From Octopus bimaculoides (lineage: Eukaryota): a stretch of DNA of 64,000 nt. The stretch covers positions 96,502,121-96,566,120 of the forward strand of contig NC_068988.1 of the NCBI RefSeq assembly GCF_001194135.2. Reading direction: 5' to 3'. Shown here piece after piece: positions 52,654 through 64,000 of this stretch (positions are counted from its first letter, which is position 1; every line of letters starts with the position of its first letter). Position numbers and translations under genes: made by a program. The notes under the pieces are model-generated. The model made no database searches, had not been told where the DNA came from, and worked only from the letters and a program-made list of their open reading frames with translations.

Positions 52654-52876
52654 ATTCAACGCGACGCCATTCCTAACTATTAACATCTGTTGTCAAACCC
52701 AACAACAACAACAACAACAACAACGACCCTTCACAATACTACCCTAAACTCACAAGTAATAGTCGTACGTTTAACTGCACAAATAGGAAAAACCCCACCT
52801 ATCTGTCTGTCTGTCAATCTATCTATCTAGCAGTCTGTCTGTCTATCACTCTGTCTCTGTCTCTGTCTCTCTCTCC

Positions 52877-52931
<55 letters not shown>

Positions 52932-53691
52932 GTTACTTCAATTTACGATTCTAAAATTCGTTATCGATTCTTATCAAGGAAAACAAGACTTGACATTTGA
53001 ATAGGCAACGTTTTCCCTCACCTGTCTTCCTTTGTATTTTCCTTGGCATTTTCCTCTAACCCACCTGCCATTCTGCATACATATCCACATCTGGGTTGTA
53101 CACTTATTTAATGGTCTTCCCACAGGTAAGGTGAAATTTTTTATGTTCGTCGCCCGCAAATATCTTTGCCAGTATATACACACACAGCGAAGAAATATGT
53201 AAATAAGGCAGTAGAATGGAAGACGGGTTACAGCGTCCCGGGCCATCAAAGACAAACCCAGCAATTCGATGAGATTGGCTGGGTTCATTTAGTTCATGGG
53301 GAGGGTAGGTATTAAGTGCAGATCATACAAGATTAAAATACTGCTTGTGTCCAGCAAGTCCCTTACAACAATATGATCATGTGACCCTTCTCACGTCATA
53401 TATAATTTGCCAAATCTCCAAATTTGAATTTTCTGGACATTCAGCCTGGGGGCTCGCCGAGGAGGTGCCAAGGACTTATTGGAGAAATCCATTGGGTGGC
53501 ATTAATCTTGGGCCACCTGTTCTTGGCATGCAATTTCTCCTGTGGCCACTTCGGCGCCGTTAGTGGAGACGAGATCGGTTTTGATGAGTGACCTCTTTCT
53601 TTCATGTATCTTCTTGTTTTCTATTTTGGTCTCCGTTGCCTGATTCATCCTCTCTATTTACTATAGATATATTATTGAGGCTATATGTATG

Positions 53692-53729
<38 letters not shown>

Positions 53730-53898
53730 TATATGTATATGTATGTATGNNNNNNNNNNNNNNNNNNNNNNNNNNNNNNNNNNNNNNNNNNNNNNNNNNN
53801 NNNNNNNNNNNNNNNNNNNNNNNNNNNNNNNNNNNNNNNNNNNNNNNNNNNNNNNNNNNNNNNNNNNNNNNNNNNNNNNNNNNNNNNNNNNNNNNNNN

Positions 53899-53976
<78 letters not shown>

Positions 53977-54794
53977 TGTATGTATGTGTTTGAGAGTTGT
54001 GTGATGTGTGTACATATGTACACATGAATACAGCCGCCCACATACACGTGCAAACACACTTCTGGAAAGGTTAACAGGTGCACGCAATTCACTTTGCCCA
54101 GTGAACATGTTTTGACGGAATAATATTTCGACTCCTTTCAAGTCAATCACTTTTAAAGAGGTTTACTGTTTTCTTTCCACTCAACTGTAGAATGTTCTAG
54201 GTGTCTTTCCTTTGTAAATACACTCATTTAGGGCTGCTTATCCTATTTTCCTTTTCCTTTTTTTCTTAATTTAAATGTTTATATTTTTGTGTTTTTGTGT
54301 TTAATTCTGTTTTGGTCTTTTTTTTTGTGATAGTCGACGTTGATCTTGTCGTACACATATTTATTGATATTATCGGTCGTCATCGTTGTTGTTGTTGCTG
54401 TTGCTACCCTCGCTGGATATGTTTTTTGCTGATAATTTACTTCCTTGCCGACAGATGTTAATGAAATTGTATTTAGTTTTGAAGTCGATCAGTGGAACTA
54501 ATTAAAAAACTATTTTTGCCTAATAACAATTTTTCGTTCGTTTGTTTTTAATATTTTTTTCACGTTTCGATCGTTTATTGATTTCTGGCGAATCTCTTAA
54601 GATGCCACACTTTTAAGGGATCGGAAATCAAATTTTATGATCTTTGAGCCCCTCCTATATTAGAATCACCGTAATCCAGTGACACCATCCACGTGAAAGA
54701 ACTACAAGTTCAGTTGGTATATTTAATGGAAGGCGTAATTCAAAGACAAACTAGAAACAATTATGCACTGAAAAAAGTACAGTATACAGTGTCA

Positions 54795-55320
54795 GCACAG
54801 GGGTGGCTGTGTGGTAATCGAACATTGTAAATAATTTTTATTGTGTATTTAAAATTGTAAATATTTAATCGATACAGCTTCTTCACCCCTTTTATGTTTG
54901 TCTGTCCTTGTTCGTCCCCTCTTTGTAATGCCTTTATGGCAAATATTTATGAAATAAAGAAGTTTGCTTTCAGACCACATGGTTCCAAGTTCAGTCCCAC
55001 TGTATGGTACCCTGGGTAAGTGTCTTTTTCTGTAGACTCGGACCGGCCAAAGCCCCTTGTGAATGGATTTGGTAGACGGCGTGTGTATATGTGTTGGTGT
55101 GTGTGCACACGCACATGTGTGTGTGTGTGTGTCTGTGTCTATGTTTGTCACCCAACACTGCTTGACAACCGGTGTTGGTGTGTTTATGTCACCGTAAGCC
55201 AGCGGCTCGGCAAAGGAGAACGATAAGATAAATACATGGCCTAAAACAACTAAATGTTCTTCAGAGCAGTGCCCCAGCATGGCCTCAGTGAAATGATTGA
55301 AACAAATAAAAGATAAAAGC
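54795..55320 (+). mobile_element. CORE-type SINE family B, near full length, with a 141-bp insertion (54818-54958) in its head
   Basis: Head GGGGTGGCTGTGTGGTAA resumes as GAAGTTTGCTT after the insert. It continues through the CORE and a (TG)n, then the 3' module GCTTGACAACCGGTGTTGGTGTGTTTA...GCCCCAGCATGGCC...TGAAACAAATAAAAGATAAAAG. Confidence 0.8.
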
Positions 55321-55882
55321 TGAAAAGATATTAATCAATGTCTAACATGGACAGTCAGCTTCTTTACGCCAACAAAAGAACAACGTTGGACGTTTATAAA
55401 ATGAGTTCTTCATTTTGGAAAGTACACTGGAATTTATGCTTTGCTGATGAGGTCAGAATAAGACTAAAGCATGTACGAAGCCGTCTTCGCTACATGATAG
55501 AAAAATGAAACCGATTTACTTCCTTGTCTAATAGTTTTTTTTTCTTTCTTACAACTACCAATATTTCTAGTTAGCTTTTGGAAACATTCTGCGTTAAATA
55601 TGCAACACAGGTTTACCTCGAATAAGTGAGTGAATATAAACGATTACTAGAAAATTGGTGTTCAACGAACCCTGGTCCAGGTATTTCGCTTTGTTTTTGG
55701 AAAATGTATTTAATTGTTTACACCTCGCTTAAAAGATAGGTTTTGTATCGATTTAGACTGATGAATTCTCCGTTCGATTAACGGAATCAGCAGCTAATTT
55801 GTTAATCCTGTTAATCAACGCGTTCCTTTCATATCTTATAATAGATATTATCGATACTTAATAAAACCAATCTGAATATAAC

Positions 55883-56036
55883 ACAGGCGCAGGCGTGGCC
55901 GCATGGTGAGAAGCTTGCTTCCCAACCACATGGTTCCGGATTCAGGCCCACTGCGTGACACCTTGGGCAAGTGTTTTCAGGCCAACCAAAGCCTTGTGAG
56001 TAGATTTGGTAGACAGAGACTGAAAGAAGCCCATCG
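55883..56036 (+). mobile_element. CORE-type SINE family B, running into (TA)n(TG)n and an N-gap
   Basis: GGCGTGGCCGCATGGTGAGAAGCTTGCTTCCCAACCACATGGTTCCGG...CTGCGTGACACCTTGGGCAAGTGT...GACTGAAAGAAGCCCATCG. Confidence 0.85.
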
Positions 56037-57629
56037 TATATATATATATATATATATATATGTTTGTATATTTGTGTGTGTGTGTGTGTGTGTGTGTNNN
56101 NNNNNNNNNNNNNNNNNNNNNNNNNNNNNNNNNNNNNNNNNNNNNNNNNNNNNNNNNNNNNNNNNNNNNNNNNNNNNNNNNNNNNNNNNNNNNNNNNNNN
56201 NNNNNNNNNNNNNNNNNNNNNNNNNNNNNNNNNNNNNNNNNNNNNNNNNNNNNNNNNNNNNNNNNNNNNNNNNNNNNNNNNNNNNNNNNNNNNNNNNNNN
56301 NNNNNNNNNNNNNNNNNNNNNNNNNNNNNNNNNNNNNNNNNNNNNNNNNNNNNNNNNNNNNNNNNNNNNNNNNNNNNNNNNNNNNNNNNNNNNNNNNNNN
56401 NNNNNNNNNNNNNNNNNNNNNNNNNNNNNNNNNNNNNNNNNNNNNNNNNNNNNNNNNNNNNNNNNNNNNNNNNNNNNNNNNNNNNNNNNNNNNNNNNNNN
56501 NNNNNNNNNNNNNNNNNNNNNNNNNNNNNNNNNNNNNNNNNNNNNNNNNNNNNNNNNNNNNNNNTATAGCTTATATTTACAGAAGAGATTTAAGAGTGAG
56601 GTATGATAAAATTATCAAAACAGAGTTGACCACTCCCATGAAGATGATAGAATGGAGGATAAATGAAATAAAGAAGAAAAAAACACCCCACACAACAAGA
56701 TGTTGTTTTGTCGATGTTGTGTTGACGTCATCACAATCATCGCAATTACTAATGGCAGCTTGGTTCAGGTCGACTCCAGAGTTTTCATGGAGAGAGAGAG
56801 ACGAGTGATAGGAATATTTTGGCGAACAACTCGAGCTGTCAGCAGAACAGCTTTAAATGAAGTGAGAAAGACAAATCCGTGCTGTCAGTGTCTCCACTAA
56901 AGTCAGCTGAAGTTATCCTATCGTTCGTCTATTCTCGTATGGTAGATAGTTGTTTTATCAGAGCGCGAAACATCAATAGCAATCAGTCGAGACCTTTTAC
57001 TAAGTTATCTACCGGAGTGTCTTTGAAAAAGAAACAACAACACACATGGGAATGCATACGCGAGCGTGGGGTGATGTGAGAAATTTATCTCTGTATATGT
57101 GTATGTATATACATGTGTATGCGTAGAGTGGAGTCCCTGTATACGAACAACATCAGATCCGGGGGGCCCGTTCGTTAACTAAATTGATCGTTACATGAAC
57201 CATTGAAATACATATATAATCAGAAGTGTCCGGCTCTAAACCACACCCATACACCACATATCATTTGGTAAGCCGTGTCGATTTTACAATTCTGTAAATA
57301 ATAATATTTCATAAGCTTAAAGCTTATAAGCGATTGGGGCCTATAAACCCTCGACGTAAAAACGTAGAGTTTTCCAGACGCGTGGAACTGGAACCCACAC
57401 ATTCATGTTTTCGCGACAAGTGTGCTACCATTACACCAACGTACCCCTCGCTTCTTTCCGTTAGATTTAAGAACTATACTTTTATACATTTATAGTATTG
57501 TTTTTTTATAAATAACATATATGTGCGTTTTCTGTGGGAAACTTGCAGGTGAATACCAGGATGGATTCAGAGAACTTTCTGGACAAGAGACCAGGAAACT
57601 ATGCTGGTTCTGTGGAGAACATCTGTTCT

Positions 57630-57830
57630 CATCCGTTACGGCGCCGGGAAAAATAATCAGCCGTATTTCGCCTGTCTTTACGTTCTGAGTTCAAATGACG
57701 CAGTGTCGGTTTTCCTTTTCATCCGTTTTGGAGCCGATAAAAAAAGTACCAGTTTAGCTCTGGATTCAGTGGAATCGGTTTACATCCTCCCCCGAAATTT
57801 GTAGCCTTGTGCCAAAACTTGAAACTAATA
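57630..57830 (+). mobile_element. SINE family A, diverged
   Basis: GTCTTTACGTTCTGAGTTCAAAT...CCTTTTCATCCGTTTTGGAGCCGATAAAAAAAGTACCAG...CCTCCCCCGAAATTTGTAGCCTTGTGCC. Confidence 0.7.
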
Positions 57831-59799
57831 GAGATATTATGAATGGCGGGGATCACTAAAATTGGAAAAGTATATAAATGTAAAAGTTGTTGTTTCCGCC
57901 TAAATATATATATGTATATANNNNNNNNNNNNNNNNNNNNNNNNNNNNNNNNNNNNNNNNNNNNNNNNNNNNNNNNNNNNNNNNNNNNNNNNNNNNNNNN
58001 NNNNNNNNNNNNNNNNNNNNNNNNNNNNNNNNNNNNNNNNNNNNNNNNNNNNNNNNNNNNNNNNNNNNNNNNNNNNNNNNNNNNNNNNNNNNNNNNNNNN
58101 NNNNNNNNNNNNNNNNNNNNNNNNNNNNNNNNNNNNNNNNTATATATAGATATATATGTGTGTGTATGTATGCATGTTTGTATATATGTATGTATACATA
58201 TATGTTTGTATGTATGTATGTATGTATGTATGTATGTATGTGTGTTTACGAGTAAGTGGACAAACAAAAGAAAGAAGCACTCAACACATTTATTAGCGGT
58301 TTATATATTAATGGTTAATAAAAATTTGTGCATGTATGTACATGTATATGTGTACATACACACACATACACACACACGCACACATACACACATATATATA
58401 TATACACACACATATATACACACACACACACACACTCATCTTCTTATGTAGTTTTTCTTGATACTCCTGTCTTGCTGTGTTTCACTGTCCGCCACACATT
58501 TTCTTTATAATAATAAATAGAACAATAATAAAACTAATGGGTTCAAACGAGACCCGCAGTTATCGCGGGGCGGAAAAAGTCGATTACATTGATACTTGAA
58601 GGGTACTTATTTTATCGACCTCGAAAGGATGAAACGCAAAGGATAGGGAAGAGGAAGACGACGACAATAGCAAAAGTTTATTGTACACTAAGAAAATATT
58701 CGTCTCTTGTAATTCGCTGACTTCGCCCTCCCCAACGATAAATCCCCGGCTCCAATGAGACAAAAACACCACACCATGATCCCTGACAGGAAGTATTTTG
58801 CTTCATTTCACAGACTTTCTCGCTAACCATAAACAACAGCATTCTGGACCTCGTTTTAAAAAAAATTATTGCATTAGTCATGCAATGCAAAGCCGATTCC
58901 AATCATTATCTTTAAACACAACAGATCAATTAACATTGTCAGGGAGCATTAAGCTTAGCGTTCTAAAAAAATAAATATATAAATAAGATGCAAAACTCTA
59001 GAACTTTCTAAGCTGAATTTCCAAAAGACTCAATGGAAATCAGTTCAGATATCTGTGAGTAAAAGTGGTTCCAAACCCGTTCTGCGTCCGAAATAATACA
59101 ACGTAAGAAATTGATGTCAATATCGCTTGCTTTATGCATTTAATGTATCCCAATGAGTATTGCTGATGACGTTCACAAAAATATCATTTGTAGGGAAGGG
59201 AAAATTCTCATGAGACAAAGAGCGGAATTGTAAATGAATAGAAAAAAAAATATAGTCAAAAGGTCACTCATATCTGTATTGAAAATATATTAAGGGGCTC
59301 CCATGAAGATGACGAGGCAATAAAAAAAATATGGAATGTAGAAAACAGAGGAACCAATCCCAAAGTTTCCTACAGATTTCCACTAAGTTTCCACAGAGAA
59401 ACTGAGCCTTTGCATCGCAAAACAACGCCGTTATTTGAAGAAGGTGGATCACTCACAGCAGACCTCATGGTGTAATTAAAAATACACAACGAACGAATAT
59501 GTGTGACGCTATTTTTACCATCACAAATGCAAATAGGTAAGCAAAAAGCGTTCTTCGACTCTGTTAATTTGCAGTAGACACTGGACAATTAATAACATTA
59601 ATGTAATATATGATGAAGCAGTAGCAAGTGTGTAGTGAGGCTAAACGGGGAGGTGGGGGTCAGAGGCTGCTGGTTTCTTCAACAAATCTAAAGATATGCA
59701 AAAAAAGATTCCAACCAAATGACTTTAATTAAACAAAATTAAATTTTGAATTAAAAGCAGATCCGATAATGTAAACGCTATCGGTCGCACATACGTTGT

Positions 59800-59830
<31 letters not shown>

Positions 59831-60454
59831 ACAACCACGTGTGTATATAAACAAGCTTAGATTTGCTTTCTTTTAGAAGCGTCGAATATGCTTCGTACGA
59901 TACAGACGAAGAGGTGATATTTCGAAAGCAGTATCGCCGTGTGTTTATATATATATATANNNNNNNNNNNNNNNNNNNNNNNNNNNNNNNNNNNNNNNNN
60001 NNNNNNNNNNNNNNNNNNNNNNNNNNNNNNNNNNNNNNNNNNNNNNNNNNNNNNNNNNNNNNNNNNNNNNNNNNNNNNNNNNNNNNNNNNNNNNNNNNNN
60101 NNNNNNNNNNNNNNNNNNNNNNNNNNNNNNNNNNNNNNNNNNNNNNNNNNNNNNNNNNNNNNNNNNNNNNNNNNNNNNNNNNNNNNNNNNNNNNNNNNNN
60201 NNNNNNNNNNNNNNNNNNNNNNNNNNNNNNNNNNNNNNNNNNNNNNNNNNNNNNNNNNNNNNNNNNNNNNNNNNNNNNNNNNNNNNNNNNNNNNNNNNNN
60301 NNNNNNNNNNNNNNNNNNNNNNNNNNNNNNNNNNNNNNNNNNNNNNNNNNNNNNNNNNNNNNNNNNNNNNNNNNNNNNNNNNNNNNNNNNNNNNNNNNNN
60401 NNNNNNNNNNNNNNNNNNNNNNNNNNNNNNNNNNNNNNNNNNNNNNNNTATATA

Positions 60455-60506
<52 letters not shown>

Positions 60507-61359
60507 TATGTATATAGGACTCGAACTCATGCACTTACATTCACAAATCCAACAGCCTAACCACTTGGCTGCAACTTCCACACACACACATACACACATA
60601 TACATGCATACACACACACACAGTCATACACATGTACATACGCACACACATGCGGACGTAGATACACTGACACACGGACACACAGACACATACATATATA
60701 TGCACAGAGAGAGAGAGAGAAAGAGAAAGAGTAAGAGAAAGGGAGAGAGAGAGGATGAATGAGAGAGAGAGAAAAAGAGAAATAAGGTGGGAAAGAAAAA
60801 GAATGAGAGAGGAGAGAGAGAAAGAGAGGGAGAGAGAAAACGAAAGAGAGAGAAAGAATAAAAGAGAGAGAGGAAGAGAAATAAAGAGGGAAAGAAACAG
60901 AATGAGAGACAGAAGAGTGAGAGAGAAGAGAGATAGAGAGGCAAACAGATAGACAGAACGAAAGCTGTGTGTATCAGTGACTGAAAACCCGCATCTGTCT
61001 GCAGAGGAACTATCTGTATATTATAAAACTAAATAATTAAAATCCGGAGGATTTCCTGTGCCGCAACCTAAGCAGTGCTAAATTACCAGTGGCAGGTATA
61101 TTAATATGGTGCTAGCGGAGCATATTTCCTGGCCATCAAAACTCAACACGAACAGCCAGCGTAAACAGGCGATCTATGTTAAATATTTACAATATACGCG
61201 CTTGTCTTTAACGATTGACAGCTGGGCATCACAGTCGATTGCTGTTTTGTACTAAAACAACTGATGTGGCCGATTGTACTTTCAGTAAACCAGGTGTAAA
61301 AATATTCTGTGGTGTGTAACATACATATTACAACCGTAGTTTCCGTATTTTCATGCTCG

Positions 61360-61584
61360 TGGCACTCCGTCGGTTACGACGACAAGGGTTCCAGTTGATC
61401 TAATCAACGGAACAACCTGCTCGTGAAATTAACGTGCAAGTGGCTGAGCATTCCACAGACACACTAACGTAGTTCTCGGAGATATTCAGCGTGACACAGA
61501 GTGTGACAAGGCTGACCCTTTCAAATACAGGTAAAACAGAAAGAGAAAGAAAGAGTGAGAGAAAGTGGTGGTAAAAGAGTACAG
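61360..61584 (-). mobile_element. SINE family C, 3' half
   Basis: GGCACTCCGTCGGTTACGACGAC..GGGTTCCAGTTGATC...GAAATTAACGTGCAAGTGGCTGAGCA...GTGACACAGAGTGTGACAAGGCTGACCCT is the reverse complement of about 62835-63065. Confidence 0.85.
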
Positions 61585-62301
61585 TAGTGGGGGTTCTACA
61601 CGAATTTTATATAGTGGGTTGGTAGAGTCTGAATGTGACGATGGCCTGGGGGCGACTCTAGGTCTCAGGTATATTCAACTGGACTGCCTGTTCCATCGTA
61701 CATTCGAGTTGAGAACGTTGGACAACTTCCAAAATTATGTGGTTAGTATGTCTGCTAGAAATGATAGTCAAATCTCATTTAAAAGGATACGTATACATAA
61801 AACAAAAGACTACATCAGTTAATCTAGTTTTAGATAAAAAGCTTAAAATAACCCTCCTTATAAGTTAGCTCGCTCAAGCGTAACATGCAAGTGAAGGATA
61901 GCAGCAGCAGCAGCAGCACCTTGTCGAAAATAATTTAAGATTTTAACCAATTTTATTGGCACTGTTATAGTAGATATATTTCATTACATGGATTTATTAA
62001 GAAAAACACAAGAAATCACGCGCTGTTTACATTTTGTTTTGTCTTGTTATTGATTTTCCAAGATGATGGTTTTAAGAAACTATGCATACACTTTTTAAAA
62101 CAACAACAACAACTACAACAACAACAACATGTAATTGATGTATATTAGCAGAGAAGGAATCCACAGATGTTCTACGAGTGTAGAAAGATCGTCAGAGCTT
62201 AATGGCTGTGAGCAACGAAAGACTTATTCCATGCTTTCAGTGAGAGATTCAGATGATATGTGCCGTCTGGTGTCCGTATTCAATGAAATAATAATAATAA
62301 C

Positions 62302-62349
<48 letters not shown>

Positions 62350-62691
62350 GATTTCTTTATTAACCGCAAAGGTTTACGTTAAGAAAAACATTATGGACAG
62401 CACAGGACAAAACAAAGAACGTGTGTAGGAAGACGATTAGAGTAGGTTCTCGTTGTAGCTTATTGATTTATATGAAGGTATCATCTACTCTAAATTATGC
62501 TTCAAACATCAAAAACTAAACATACAACATGTTTATTAGAAGTGAACATGACGGTAAAGTTGAGCCCAGAAACGAGTGATTTGTTTACTCTAGGGTGCTC
62601 TGCTTTTCAACACATTTTCTGTACTATCGGCAAAGCATTAGTATGGGGGTGGAGTGAGTATAATATGTATACGTATCTATCTAACTATCGT

Positions 62692-63065
62692 GGAGGCGCA
62701 ATGGCTCAGTGGTTAAGGCAGCGGACTCGCGGTTGTAGGATCGCAGTTTCGATTCCCAGACCGGGCGTTATGAGTGTTTATTGAGCGAAAACACTTAAAG
62801 CTCCACGAGGCTCCGGCAGGGGGTGGTGGCGAACCCTGCTGTACTCTTTAACCAAAACTTTCACTCTTTCTTTCTGCTTCTGTTGTGCCTGTAATTCAAA
62901 GGGGTCAGCCTTGTCACACTCTGTGTCACGCTGAATATCCCCGAGAACTACGTTAAGGGTACACGTGTCTGTGGAGTGCTCAGCCACTTGCACGTTCATT
63001 TCACGAGCAGGCTGCTCCGTTGACTGGATGAACTGGAACCCTCGTCGTCGTAAACGACGGAGTGT
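62692..63065 (+). mobile_element. tRNA-derived SINE family C, full length
   Basis: Pol III A-box TGGCTCAGTGG (62702-62712) and B-box GTTTCGATTCC (62746-62756) lie in a tRNA-like head. The body is shared with the 10655 and 61360 copies. An 11-bp direct repeat CGTATCTATCT lies at 62672-62682 and 63066-63076 (probable TSD). Confidence 0.85.
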
Positions 63066-63362
63066 CGTATCTATCTGTGTGTGTTGTGTATGTATACATC
63101 TCTGTGATGATGTATATACATTCACAAGTCTGATGAATCCACCAGTTGTTTTAGAATTCCATCAGCAATGGTTTTACAAAGAGGAATTGTCTGATATTGA
63201 AGACGATCACATGACTTCATTTCGAAAATCTTCCATATATATATATATATCAGTTGAATAAAGTTAAAACAGTCTAGTTTTAGCGTTTATTATTATTGTC
63301 CTTTAACAAAATTAGGTGCATTCATCCATAACGGACTCGTCAGATTCCAAACGTGTGTATAT

Positions 63363-63486
63363 AGCTATGTGGTAAAAAGCTTCCTTCTCAGTCATATGGT
63401 TCCGGGTTCAGTCCCATTGCGTGGCACCTTGGGCAGGTGTCTTCTACCATCGCCTCTGGTCAACCAAAGCTTTCTTAATGGATTTC
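63363..63486 (+). mobile_element. CORE-type SINE family B, partial
   Basis: GCTATGTGGTAAAAAGC...GGTTCCGGGTTCAGTCCCATTGCGTGGCACCTTGGGCAGGTGTCTTCTAC. Confidence 0.8.
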
Positions 63487-63873
63487 ATCCGACGCAGTTT
63501 ACTGGGCCTCCACAGAGATGGAAAATAATAAATACTTTCTATCAAAAAAAAAAAAAAAATGATTAGTGCAAACTAAAAATTTAAATAGCATTTATACAAA
63601 TAAATAAAATGGTGAATGAAGGAAGGAATGAAAAACAGAGCAAACAAGCAAAAACGAAAAGCTACATAAATATGATGGAGTAAATTATACTTCCTGTTTT
63701 GAATAATATACATTTATAAAATCATTCTTCCGGATTGATTTTTNNNNNNNNNNNNNNNNNNNNNNNNNNNNNNNNNNNNNNNNNNNNNNNNNNNNNNNNN
63801 NNNNNNNNNNNNNNNNNNNNNNNNNNNNNNNNNNNNNNNNNNNNNNNNNNNNNNNNNNNNNNNNNNNNNCCTC

Positions 63874-63908
<35 letters not shown>

Positions 63909-64000
63909 CATATATGGATGTATATGCAGCATGTATGTGAGTACATGGATATATGAATATATGTATATGTAAGTATATATGTGTGTGAGTGTGTGTATAC

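Noticed and set aside
59242-59475. 77-codon stop-free plus frame with protein-like composition
   Set aside because: No ATG or acceptor; frames of this length are expected many times by chance in this much sequence.
62692-62770. tRNA-like sequence with A and B boxes
   Set aside because: The anticodon and acceptor stems do not pair properly, and it continues into a body shared with two other copies; it is a SINE head, not a tRNA gene.

Overview
Repeat-rich, gene-poor, AT-rich eukaryotic DNA from a draft assembly with many N-gaps, almost all flanked by (CA)n, (TA)n, (GA)n or (TATG)n microsatellites. The SINE families and microsatellite load look like a coleoid cephalopod (Octopus-like) genome; this is my inference, not a database result. 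I cannot identify any host protein-coding gene, tRNA or rRNA gene, or CRISPR array. Nearly all long ORFs in the track are artefacts of N-gaps and simple repeats. Supported content: (i) at least five short-retroposon families (A: tRNA head plus Meta/MESC-like centre; B: CORE-type with an internal microsatellite; C: tRNA head with clear A/B boxes; D: (CAA)n-tailed; F: (GAT)n-tailed), some with intact target-site duplications; (ii) decayed LINE pieces, namely an R4/Dong-type reverse-transcriptase fragment (YMDD) sitting in a (TAA)n tract, a CR1-group ORF2 C-terminus and a short CR1-like RT piece; (iii) Tc1/mariner remnants, namely a maT-like internally deleted element, a second Tc1/maT 3' end, a mariner transposase relic, three mariner MITEs and two Tigger/pogo-like MITEs. 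Unexplained features worth follow-up: a 318-bp imperfect palindrome (29625-29942), an ETS-CRE composite promoter-like cluster (about 33460-33765), a near-identical 195-bp local duplication, inverted SINE pairs, and several candidate splice signals (an 18-nt micro-exon, a possible recursive splice site, a phase-compatible minus-strand exon chain). None amounts to a demonstrated new biological system.
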